IMG/VR virus record: IMGVR_UViG_3300025339_000010
Coordinates: 1-36,399 of that record
DNA: 36,399 bases
Reading direction: 5' to 3' (one strand)
Source: a virus
Taxonomy: Duplodnaviria; Caudoviricetes
The notes under the pieces are model-generated. The model had not been told where the DNA came from, did not search any database, and saw only the letters and a program-made list of their open reading frames with translations. Positions 29,060-36,274 of the stretch are shown here, piece after piece (positions within the stretch are counted from its first letter, which is position 1; each line of letters starts with the position of its first letter). The translations under genes and the position numbers were made by a program.

Positions 29060-29686
29060 ATGGATAAGAAAAGATTAGAGTTGGCTTATGCTAAAGAGCA
29101 TGATCCAAACCATTATAGATATTTACTTACTAATAATTATGAGCGAGCAGTTTTTCTAAAAGGCGATCCAGTCTTTCCTAGAGAAACTTCTCGTTATCTT
29201 TGGGCTAATCGAAATCTATTAGGTAAAAAAATTCTTGAAATTGGATGTTCCAATGGTTATGGCGTTCAATTCTTACCAAATGATATTGAATATTTAGGAT
29301 TGGACTACGATCCTATAATAATTGATGTCGCAAACGAACAAGAATGGGGTTTAAACGCATCTTTTGTTCAATCTGATATAAATACTTATCCTTTAGATCA
29401 ATACGACACTATTATTGCTTTTGAGTTTATTGAACATATAGATAATGGTCTTGAAATAGCTCAAAAATTAAAACAACATTGCAAACGATTACTTCTCACA
29501 ACTCCATATAATGAACCCAAAGGCTTTTGGGGTGAACATCATAAACTTCATGGCTTATCCGAAATAAACTTTCCCGGCTTTAAATTTGAATACATTGATG
29601 AAGGTGGTTTTATATCAAAAACTCCAGCTTCAATTAATGAAGGTAATAGATTTAACCTTATGATTATGAGGTGGGATAATGAGTAG
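29060..29686 (+). CDS. Class I SAM-dependent methyltransferase
   Basis: ILEIGCSNGYG motif I, YLGLD, YDTIIAFEFIEHI, LLLTTP. Confidence 0.9.
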   Translation: MDKKRLELAYAKEHDPNHYRYLLTNNYERAVFLKGDPVFPRETSRYLWANRNLLGKKILEIGCSNGYGVQFLPNDIEYLGLDYDPIIIDVANEQEWGLNASFVQSDINTYPLDQYDTIIAFEFIEHIDNGLEIAQKLKQHCKRLLLTTPYNEPKGFWGEHHKLHGLSEINFPGFKFEYIDEGGFISKTPASINEGNRFNLMIMRWDNE

Positions 29687-30647
29687 CATTTTATGTTCAA
29701 TATCAACTCGTGGTCGTTATCATACGACTTTGCCAGTAGTCCTAGAAGCAATCATAAATCAAACCAAAAAACCAGACAAACTTATTATCTTTGATGACAA
29801 TGATCAAACAGAAGATATGCGAGAAGTCTTATTCTATAAATACTATTTCCAAAGATTAGATATAAAAGGCATTAAATGGGAATGGCAATTTGCGGCTAAA
29901 AAAGGTCAGCACCATAACCATCAAATAGCTAATATGATGGGCTATGATTTTGTATGGCGTGTAGATGATGATGCGATTCCAGAACCTAATGTTTTAGAAA
30001 CACTATTGTCATATATGAATGATAATGTAGGTGCAGTTGGTGGTGAAATATTAACGCCGCCACATAACCCAATGACTATGTTATCAACTGGCAAAATAGA
30101 AGATATTGATAAAGAGCCAAACATTCAATGGACTACGATTAAAGATGTTAAAGAAGTTGAGCATTTACATTGTTCTTTTTTATATAGAGCTGGTATTCAT
30201 GATTACAATTTAGGACTATCCAGAGTTGCACATAGAGAAGAAACTTTATTTACTTATGGGTTATTTAGAAAAGGCTATAAACTTTTAGTTGTGCCTAATG
30301 CAACAATTTGGCATCTTAAAAATCCTGATGGTGGAATAAGAGCCGAATCAAATACACAACTTTATGAACATGATGAGATGATATTTAGAAACATATTGAA
30401 TTATAAAGATAAAAAAATTGTGGTTCTTGAAGGTGGCATGGGCGATCATATTGTATTTAGTCATGTAATCCCAGACATTACAAATGCAGAAGTCTTTACT
30501 TGCTTTCCAGATATTGTTCCCGGCAGATCAATTTCAGAAGCTAAATCATTGTTTGGCGATATAAGTCAATACAATATTTATAAAAAAATGTGCGATTGGA
30601 AGTGGACTGATAGCCTAGAAAATGCTTATATAAAGTTATATATATGA
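29679..30647 (+). CDS. GT2 glycosyltransferase fused to the N-terminal lobe of a GT9-like enzyme
   Basis: IINQT..PD.LIIFDD, RVDDD (DxD), HREET; C-terminal KKIVVLEGGMGDHIVF. Confidence 0.85.
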   Translation: MSSILCSISTRGRYHTTLPVVLEAIINQTKKPDKLIIFDDNDQTEDMREVLFYKYYFQRLDIKGIKWEWQFAAKKGQHHNHQIANMMGYDFVWRVDDDAIPEPNVLETLLSYMNDNVGAVGGEILTPPHNPMTMLSTGKIEDIDKEPNIQWTTIKDVKEVEHLHCSFLYRAGIHDYNLGLSRVAHREETLFTYGLFRKGYKLLVVPNATIWHLKNPDGGIRAESNTQLYEHDEMIFRNILNYKDKKIVVLEGGMGDHIVFSHVIPDITNAEVFTCFPDIVPGRSISEAKSLFGDISQYNIYKKMCDWKWTDSLENAYIKLYI

Positions 30648-31072
30648 TAATAATTTCGCCATTTGCACAAAAATTACATAATGGAAAAGTAAATCCAAAG
30701 AATTATGGATACTGGAATAATCTTATACCATTGATTAAAGAAGATATTGTTCAAGTAGGTATTAATGGTGAGAACGCATTAGTTCCAGACTTTAGAAAAA
30801 ATTTATCATTAAGTGAGTTGAAAAAATTAATATCTGAATGTAGAATCTGGATTGGATGCGATAGCTTTTTCCAGCATCTTGCATGGGATCAAAAAAAACA
30901 AGGCATTGTATTATGGTCAGTTTCCGATCCATTAATATTTGGACATCCAGAAAATATTAATTTGCTAAAAGACAGAAAAAATTTAGCGGAAAACCAATTT
31001 TTATGGTGGGATTATGTTGAATATGATGCAACTAAATTTGTTACTCCTGATGAAGTAATAAAATGGCTATAA
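30644..31072 (+). CDS. GT9-like (heptosyltransferase-type GT-B) C-terminal lobe
   Basis: IIISPFA...KNY..W..LI, LSLSEL..LI..C..WIGCDS..QHLA, IVLW..SDP..FG, VTPDEVI. Confidence 0.8.
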   Translation: MIIISPFAQKLHNGKVNPKNYGYWNNLIPLIKEDIVQVGINGENALVPDFRKNLSLSELKKLISECRIWIGCDSFFQHLAWDQKKQGIVLWSVSDPLIFGHPENINLLKDRKNLAENQFLWWDYVEYDATKFVTPDEVIKWL

Positions 31073-31242
31073 CCCATGAAGAAATATTCTCTTTTCTACA
31101 AAATAAAACAATCAAAAGCGTTTCAACCGATCCTGATGATAGCGACAGTAATTTGGCTATTTTACTATCTGATGGTTCTATGTTGTATATATACTCTGAT
31201 AATCCTTTTTATATTGGCATTGCGCCTAATATTATTAATTAG
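31063..31242 (+). CDS. Hypothetical protein (59 aa, MAITHEEIFSFLQNKTIKSV...)
   Basis: Read manually; overlaps the GT9 stop; more protein-like than the 31076..31282 ORF. Confidence 0.55.
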   Translation: MAITHEEIFSFLQNKTIKSVSTDPDDSDSNLAILLSDGSMLYIYSDNPFYIGIAPNIIN

Positions 31243-31256
31243 TAGAAAGTTCAAAG

Positions 31257-31427
31257 ATGTTAAAAGCAATAAACGAATTTAATGAGCATACAAAACATAT
31301 GCTGGACTGGGCTTCATTCGCTACAGTTATCGGCACTCTGGCAAAAATACTTCCATCCATTGCCGCCTTGTTTTCAGTTATATATTATCTTTTAAAAATT
31401 TACGACTGGTTTAAAAACAAAAAATAA
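31257..31427 (+). CDS. Small holin-like membrane protein (56 aa)
   Basis: ...TKHMLDWASFATVIGTLAKILPSIAALFSVIYYLLKIYDWFKNKK: two short hydrophobic segments and a basic tail. Confidence 0.5.
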   Translation: MLKAINEFNEHTKHMLDWASFATVIGTLAKILPSIAALFSVIYYLLKIYDWFKNKK

Positions 31428-31434
31428 TTTTAAA

Positions 31435-31797
31435 ATGCCAGTAAAAGATAAAAAGAAAAGAAATGATTATTTAAGAGATTGGAAAGCTAACAATCGAGAA
31501 AAAGATATTTTTCAATTGGCAAAGCATAGAGCAAAAGCAAAAGGCATTGAATTTAATATAGAGTTGTCAGATATAGTCATTCCTGAAATATGCCCAGTTC
31601 TGGGTATTCCTTTAAAAACTACCATAGATGGAAATAGAGATTTAAGCCCTAGTCTTGATCGAATAGATAATACAAAAGGCTACATTAAGGGTAATATTCA
31701 AATTATGTCTTTTAAAGCTAATAATATGAAATGCACCGCTAACAAAGATGAATTAATTAAATTTGCTGAATGGGTAAAGGAAAATTATGGCAAGTAA
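31435..31797 (+). CDS. HNH-type (homing) endonuclease
   Basis: CPVLGI, PSLDRIDN.KGYIKGNIQI.S.KAN.MK. Confidence 0.8.
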   Translation: MPVKDKKKRNDYLRDWKANNREKDIFQLAKHRAKAKGIEFNIELSDIVIPEICPVLGIPLKTTIDGNRDLSPSLDRIDNTKGYIKGNIQIMSFKANNMKCTANKDELIKFAEWVKENYGK

Positions 31798-32005
31798 ATA
31801 TAATGAAGCTGGTAAGGGTTCGACTAACAAGCTCAAACAAAAGAAACTTTATGATGAGAATTATGAACGAATCTGGGGCAATAAAAATAATAAATTATAT
31901 GAAGATAGATATTATGATTCGGATGATGAATCTAATAGTTGGAATGAAGATAGAATTGACATCATTGGTCAGAATGGATCGACTGGTGAGCATTATATTA
32001 AATAA
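31787..32005 (+). CDS. Hypothetical protein
   Basis: AAGGA RBS; GKGS....YDENYERIWG; acidic. Confidence 0.6.
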   Translation: MASKYNEAGKGSTNKLKQKKLYDENYERIWGNKNNKLYEDRYYDSDDESNSWNEDRIDIIGQNGSTGEHYIK

Positions 32006-32120
32006 TGTAAAGTATATTTTACATCCGTTTTCACTCAAGTCATTGATTTATATATAAAGAATGAAAACAATTTGCATGAAACTTTAATAATTAAATCAAA
32101 AAAAGTGATATATATTACAC

Positions 32121-32150
32121 AAAAAAAGGGAGCAATTAAGCTCCCCTTTA
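32121..32150 (-). terminator. Rho-independent terminator for the - strand operon (possibly bidirectional)
   Basis: Minus strand GGGAGC-ttaatt-GCTCCC followed by TTTTTTT; lies between convergent operons. Confidence 0.8.
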
Positions 32151-32253
32151 TCCTACATAAACAAGTCCAAATTTGATAGTTATTTCATGTTGGTGTGAAA
32201 ACTACAAAAATCCCAACTTACTATATCCTTTGATGGTAGTTTGACAAACTGGT

Positions 32254-32325
32254 TTACTTGTTCATTATATACATAGTTACTTCAAAACCAAATCTCATTT
32301 CAGTTGCTGATGGTGTAGTCCACAT
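32254..32325 (-). CDS. pqqA: Pyrroloquinoline quinone precursor peptide PqqA (MWTTPSATEMRFGFEVTMYIMNK)
   Basis: Manual translation; W..P....R.GFEVTMY signature with the ExxxY Glu/Tyr pair; TAAGGAG RBS 8 nt upstream. Confidence 0.95.
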   Translation of the reverse strand: MWTTPSATEMRFGFEVTMYIMNK

Positions 32326-32344
32326 AGTTATATCTCCTTAAAAT

Positions 32345-32366
32345 ATATACATAACATTATGTATAT
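32345..32366. promoter_or_regulatory. Palindrome upstream of pqqA (operator-like)
   Basis: ATATACATAA-ca-TTATGTATAT, a perfect 10-bp inverted repeat. Confidence 0.45.
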
Positions 32367-32412
32367 GTATGTATTTTGTCATTTTGTAAACATATTAACA
32401 TCAGTAAAATCA

Positions 32413-32652
32413 TTAAAATGGGATTGAATCACCAGCACCAGAGCTATGATCTGTTCCAGCTCCATTTTTAGGTGGTAATGGATCACGCATTTGAATCCAA
32501 CCATCAAAATTAACTGGGAGTTGTTCAATTAACAAAGCAGTTCCGCCAGACTTATTAGTCATAGCTACACCAACTTTTGTCCATCTTGCTTTTGTTTCAC
32601 CATCTTTTTGATACTCGCCAGATTTAGCGATTAAATCATGTGTTATTGCCAT
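32413..32652 (-). CDS. Small SSB-like protein
   Basis: Y..DGE.K.RW..VG.A pattern; acidic/aromatic tail DSIPF; follows exo/ERF. Confidence 0.65.
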   Translation of the reverse strand: MAITHDLIAKSGEYQKDGETKARWTKVGVAMTNKSGGTALLIEQLPVNFDGWIQMRDPLPPKNGAGTDHSSGAGDSIPF

Positions 32653-33298
32653 TTGTTAGTTCCTTTAGTTGAGTTAATATCATATCAATTTCGCTATTAA
32701 ATGCGATCACCGCACTTTCAGCTTTTTGTTTCCAATCTTGATCAACCAAGATTCGTGTTGCAAACATCTTTAAATGATCCGGCATTTCAGGATCAAATGA
32801 CACTAGATCACACCATTGGCGTTGAGTGCATACCAACTGCCATTGGACTTGATCGTAATAAGTTTTAATTAAATCTTTACCATTTTCGAGAAGATGCCCT
32901 AAATGATTTTCTGGGCTTGGACATTTAATTTCAAGTAAACCATCAGTTCCAACAAGACCATCTGGACTACAACCAGCCATAGGAATTGTGGGATGATCTA
33001 CAAAAGCTATTTGTTCTACCATTACTTGATATTTATGCTCATAGAAAGCCCTTGCAAGCGGTTCTAACTCAATTCCACGAGCCATTAATGGTGTTTTATA
33101 GGATTGGATGCGTTTGCCTGTTAAACGCTCTCGTATGAGTTCATTCTTATATTTTTTACGAGTTAATGATTCATTACCGGATCGACCTTCGGTAAGCAAA
33201 TCTGAAAAACGACTACCAGACACTTTTCCTAATTTTAATAAAAACCAAGCATCCGAACCTTGCTCGATATTATTTACTTCTGTGTTTAAGTTTGACAT
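32636..33298 (-). CDS. YqaJ/lambda-type exonuclease
   Basis: EQGS..W...LG....S, RG.ELEP.AR, GCSPDGLV, LEIKCP, Y..QVQWQL. Confidence 0.92.
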   Translation of the reverse strand: MSNLNTEVNNIEQGSDAWFLLKLGKVSGSRFSDLLTEGRSGNESLTRKKYKNELIRERLTGKRIQSYKTPLMARGIELEPLARAFYEHKYQVMVEQIAFVDHPTIPMAGCSPDGLVGTDGLLEIKCPSPENHLGHLLENGKDLIKTYYDQVQWQLVCTQRQWCDLVSFDPEMPDHLKMFATRILVDQDWKQKAESAVIAFNSEIDMILTQLKELTNGNNT

Positions 33299-33422
33299 AT
33301 CCTAGTTTCCTTTTTTTAAACTCTTGTTTTATTTGTTTTACTTTCATAGCTCTAATTGTTAAATCCATAAGTTCATAAGGACTTACTTTAAAGTCTATGC
33401 CGTAGAAGTTATTTAGTAACAT
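33270..33422 (-). CDS. Hypothetical small protein (50 aa)
   Basis: Read manually; overlaps both neighbours and fills the gap. Confidence 0.35.
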   Translation of the reverse strand: MLLNNFYGIDFKVSPYELMDLTIRAMKVKQIKQEFKKRKLGYVKLKHRSK

Positions 33423-33963
33423 TGAGCTTTTCCTTCATCTTGTCTTTTTCTTTAATAACCATTTGAGTTAATAATTTGTCATTCTTAACTTCATTAAGAA
33501 CTGCTAGGTAATTCTTTTCTAATTCTGCTAAAGATTTAGATGTTGATATGCGTTTAATAAAATCATCAGCTTTTAAAGATGCGGTTTGACCATCGTCATC
33601 ATCTTGATAAAGACCAATGATTGTAGCTAATGTATAGCGGCGTAAATAAGTTAAAGCTGAACCAAATCCTTGTGCATCTTGTTTAGCTAATGGGCAAGTT
33701 GCAGTATCTTCTATAAATTCACCAGAAGTATGAATAAGGCGAGTTGTGAGATTTAATCTTCCATCATCACTAGGGCTAACAAACTGTAAAAATACAATTC
33801 CAGCATTATTAAGAGCTGGTTTAATAGCATCAATAACTGATGATAATGATGCATATTTGCTCCGAAAATGTGGATTGGTAGATTCTTTAGCCGCAAATGT
33901 AATGTCTTTTTGAGCTTGTAAAAGTGCTGGCGAGATTTGTTTGATTGATTCTGAAGTTATCAT
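33409..33963 (-). CDS. erf: ERF-family ssDNA-annealing recombinase
   Basis: NPHF.SKYA.L, L.H.SGE, Q.FGSALTY.RRY.L....G....DDDG. Confidence 0.92.
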   Translation of the reverse strand: MITSESIKQISPALLQAQKDITFAAKESTNPHFRSKYASLSSVIDAIKPALNNAGIVFLQFVSPSDDGRLNLTTRLIHTSGEFIEDTATCPLAKQDAQGFGSALTYLRRYTLATIIGLYQDDDDGQTASLKADDFIKRISTSKSLAELEKNYLAVLNEVKNDKLLTQMVIKEKDKMKEKLNVTK

Positions 33964-33984
33964 GTCTTGTAGTTTCCTGTAGAG

Positions 33985-34374
33985 TTAAATAATATTTTCT
34001 ATTGTAGCATCATAAATGGCTTTAGCCCATCTACTTGTTTCATGCTTGGTGTAAACATGATAAGCCATTTCAGAGATAACTTTATTAACTTCATCTCTAA
34101 TACGACCTTCTTTGTTATCTTCTGCATCAAACATGATCATGTGAATTTTATTTAATAAAACACAATCACCTTGAAAATCAGAATACAACTCACCAAAGTT
34201 TTTAATTTGGAAAGTTAGATAGTATTCGATAAGCTCAAGAATATTCTTGATTTCATCTGAATCATCAAAAAAATCAGGATCAGGCTGATGTAATGCCTGA
34301 ATATGAATTTTATTTTCAACTGGAATATTATCGTTTGCCATATTGACATCCGTATGTAATTGATTTAACGGCAT
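33985..34374 (-). CDS. Hypothetical early protein
   Basis: ORF within the - strand operon; alternative start at 34341. Confidence 0.6.
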   Translation of the reverse strand: MPLNQLHTDVNMANDNIPVENKIHIQALHQPDPDFFDDSDEIKNILELIEYYLTFQIKNFGELYSDFQGDCVLLNKIHMIMFDAEDNKEGRIRDEVNKVISEMAYHVYTKHETSRWAKAIYDATIENII

Positions 34375-34375
34375 A

Positions 34376-34489
34376 TTACACCACCTTTAACCAATTGTCT
34401 AACATAGGATATAAAACATAGAGCCAGAGGGCAAAATAAGCCCATAATGCGATTGCAAAGATAATTGCTTGTTTAGTTTGTCTTGTCAT
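34376..34489 (-). CDS. Small membrane protein (37 aa, MTRQTKQAIIFAIALWAYFALWLYVLYPMLDNWLKVV)
   Basis: AAGGA RBS; first gene after the leftward promoter; one TM helix. Confidence 0.6.
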   Translation of the reverse strand: MTRQTKQAIIFAIALWAYFALWLYVLYPMLDNWLKVV

Positions 34490-34530
34490 ATCTTTTCCTT
34501 TCGTTTCCGTTTATAAATACTGCAAAACGG

Positions 34531-34559
34531 AATATACTCCAATATTCTATTCATGTAAA
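34531..34559 (-). promoter_or_regulatory. Sigma70-like leftward early promoter
   Basis: Minus strand TTTACA-17 nt-TATATT. Confidence 0.65.
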
Positions 34560-34568
34560 ACTTTTTTT

Positions 34569-34925
34569 ATGCGTAATAATGAACACTTGGCACAGTCTTT
34601 GCTAGTAAAATGGTTTAGGCTTCAATATCCTTATATGGCTAAATGCCTATTTGCCATCCCAAATGGCGGCGCAAGGCACATAGGAACGGCTATAAAGCTC
34701 AAAGCCGAAGGTGTTACTGCTGGGGTATCAGATTTATTTTTAATGATCCCTACGGCTTCTGGAAAACATGGTCTTTTTTTGGAAATGAAAACAGATGTTG
34801 GTAAATTACAACAAAATCAGATTGACTTCCTAAATTTAGCAGAATCAATGGGTTATGAAGCAAAAGTGGCTTATGGGTTCGAGGAAGGTGTTGAAATAAT
34901 AAAAAAATACTTGCAAGAAACATAA
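34569..34925 (+). CDS. VRR-NUC domain nuclease
   Basis: EH..Q...V.WF, FAIPNGG.R, LKAEGV.AGVSDL, LFLEMK...G.L...Q..F. Confidence 0.88.
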   Translation: MRNNEHLAQSLLVKWFRLQYPYMAKCLFAIPNGGARHIGTAIKLKAEGVTAGVSDLFLMIPTASGKHGLFLEMKTDVGKLQQNQIDFLNLAESMGYEAKVAYGFEEGVEIIKKYLQET

Positions 34926-34940
34926 ATTTGGATTTATAGT
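34911..34940 (+). promoter_or_regulatory. Possible sigma70 promoter for the replication initiator
   Basis: TTGCAA-18 nt-TATAGT upstream of the GAGGA RBS. Confidence 0.45.
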
Positions 34941-34974
34941 TCGGAAACGATAAGAAAACTACACGAGGAACTAA

Positions 34975-35613
34975 ATGCATTACTATCCCCACAACATATC
35001 AGACTACAGGGCTGATACAGGACATTTAACATTATTGGAACATGGTTGCTACCATCAATTATTAGATCAATATTACCTAAACGAACAACCGCTACCACTT
35101 GAAGTGGACAAAATTTTTAGATTACTTTCAGCGAGGACAGAAGATGAGAAGATTGCTATTCAAAATGTGCTTAACGATTTCTTTATTAAAACTGAAGTTG
35201 GTTTTATTCAAAGACGAGCTGATGACGAAATTAAGTTTTACCACGACAGAATAGATTTAGCATCTAAAGCTGGTCGTGCAAGTGCCGAAAAGAGAGCTAA
35301 TTCCAACAAGCGTTCAACGGATGTTCAACCAACTAATAACTATAACAAAGAACTAATAACTAATAACTATATAGATATATATACCGATTTCGATTCATTC
35401 TGGGCAGAGTTTCCTAGAAAAATTGGAAAAGAAGCCGCAAGAAAATCTTGGAATAAGATAAGACCTAATTTACAAGATGTTCTTAAAGCATTAGCTTGGC
35501 AAAAACAAAGCAAGCAATGGTTTGAGAAGGGTGGGCAGTTCATTCCTAATCCAGCGACCTATTTGAATCAACATCGCTGGGAAGATGAACCGCCTGAAAG
35601 ATTAACATTCTAG
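34975..35613 (+). CDS. Replication initiator (DUF1376/YdaU N-terminus)
   Basis: YY..NI.DY.ADT.HL..LEHG.Y..LLD.YY; C-terminal F..FW..FPRK.GK..A...W and FIP.PATYLNQ.RWEDE. Confidence 0.85.
   Translation: MHYYPHNISDYRADTGHLTLLEHGCYHQLLDQYYLNEQPLPLEVDKIFRLLSARTEDEKIAIQNVLNDFFIKTEVGFIQRRADDEIKFYHDRIDLASKAGRASAEKRANSNKRSTDVQPTNNYNKELITNNYIDIYTDFDSFWAEFPRKIGKEAARKSWNKIRPNLQDVLKALAWQKQSKQWFEKGGQFIPNPATYLNQHRWEDEPPERLTF
35311..35383 (+). repeat. Iteron-like repeats and AT-rich tract within the initiator gene (candidate origin)
   Basis: GTTCAAC x2; AACTAATAAC-type repeats at 35331 and 35351-35371; then TATATAGATATATATA. Confidence 0.5.
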
Positions 35614-35621
35614 GAGTTTAG

Positions 35622-35978
35622 ATGTTAAATGAACTTATGTGTTTATCAATGATCATGTTCGGTGAAGCAAGAGGTGAGCCAGATATTGGAAAAGTTGCAG
35701 TAGCTTATACTGCGATCAATAGAAAAGCTGATCCCAAATATCCTAAAAATATTTGTGCCGTTATGCAACAAGACAAGCAATATGAGTTTTTAAGCAAGAT
35801 AGGTATGCCAGAGGAATATCAATATAAATATCTTGAGCCAATTGCATCTGCAATACTTCAAGGCAAAATTGATGATCCAACAAGAGGTGCAAAATGGTTT
35901 CATACCAGAAAGATTAAACCTTACTGGATTAAAGGCAAAGAAATTAAATTGGCTTTAGGAAATCACATTTTTTATTAA
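35622..35978 (+). CDS. Cell-wall hydrolase, SleB/Hydrolase_2 family
   Basis: CL....FGEARGE...G.VAVA....NR....YP..IC.V..Q..QY, DPT.GA.WFH, PYW, GNHIFY. Confidence 0.9.
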   Translation: MLNELMCLSMIMFGEARGEPDIGKVAVAYTAINRKADPKYPKNICAVMQQDKQYEFLSKIGMPEEYQYKYLEPIASAILQGKIDDPTRGAKWFHTRKIKPYWIKGKEIKLALGNHIFY

Positions 35979-35995
35979 CAAGACTAGGAAAAGAT

Positions 35996-36274
35996 ATGAC
36001 AACACAAAATACAATGCCAAATTTGGAAACATGGGTGAAACAATTAAATGGGACACTTAATGTTTCCGAAGTGGCTAAAACAAATGGTGCTATGAAAGAA
36101 TCGGATTTTGTAAAAGAATACAGAGTTTACTTAACCATAGAAGGTAAATGTTTAATGACATTGACCAATGGCAAATTTCCGCCTAAAAGAGCAATTCCTA
36201 ATTTAAGATTAACATTTAACGAAACAACTAATCGTTTAATGAGCGCAACAGTTTTGTCTGGGGGTAAAGTATGA
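35996..36274 (+). CDS. Hypothetical protein
   Basis: AGGA RBS; 92-aa ORF. Confidence 0.6.
   Translation: MTTQNTMPNLETWVKQLNGTLNVSEVAKTNGAMKESDFVKEYRVYLTIEGKCLMTLTNGKFPPKRAIPNLRLTFNETTNRLMSATVLSGGKV

Noticed and set aside
29060-29686. DNA methyltransferase explaining the motif bias
   Set aside because: Lacks DPPY/NPPY or PC catalytic motifs; looks like a small-molecule/glycan methyltransferase.
31076-31282. 68-aa hydrophobic ORF from the track
   Set aside because: Overlaps two better-fitting ORFs (31063..31242 and 31257..31427); not fully excluded.
32326-32340. AAGGAGATATA resembles the T7 gene 10 leader (vector contamination)
   Set aside because: Short match only; no T7 promoter or other vector sequence; reads as a natural strong RBS.
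567-34992. Short antisense or nested ORFs (e.g. 567..755, 2331..2552, 2454..2717, 5816..6190, 9163..9396, 31770..32057, 33108..33305, 34750..34992)
   Set aside because: They overlap well-supported genes and show no recognisable motifs.
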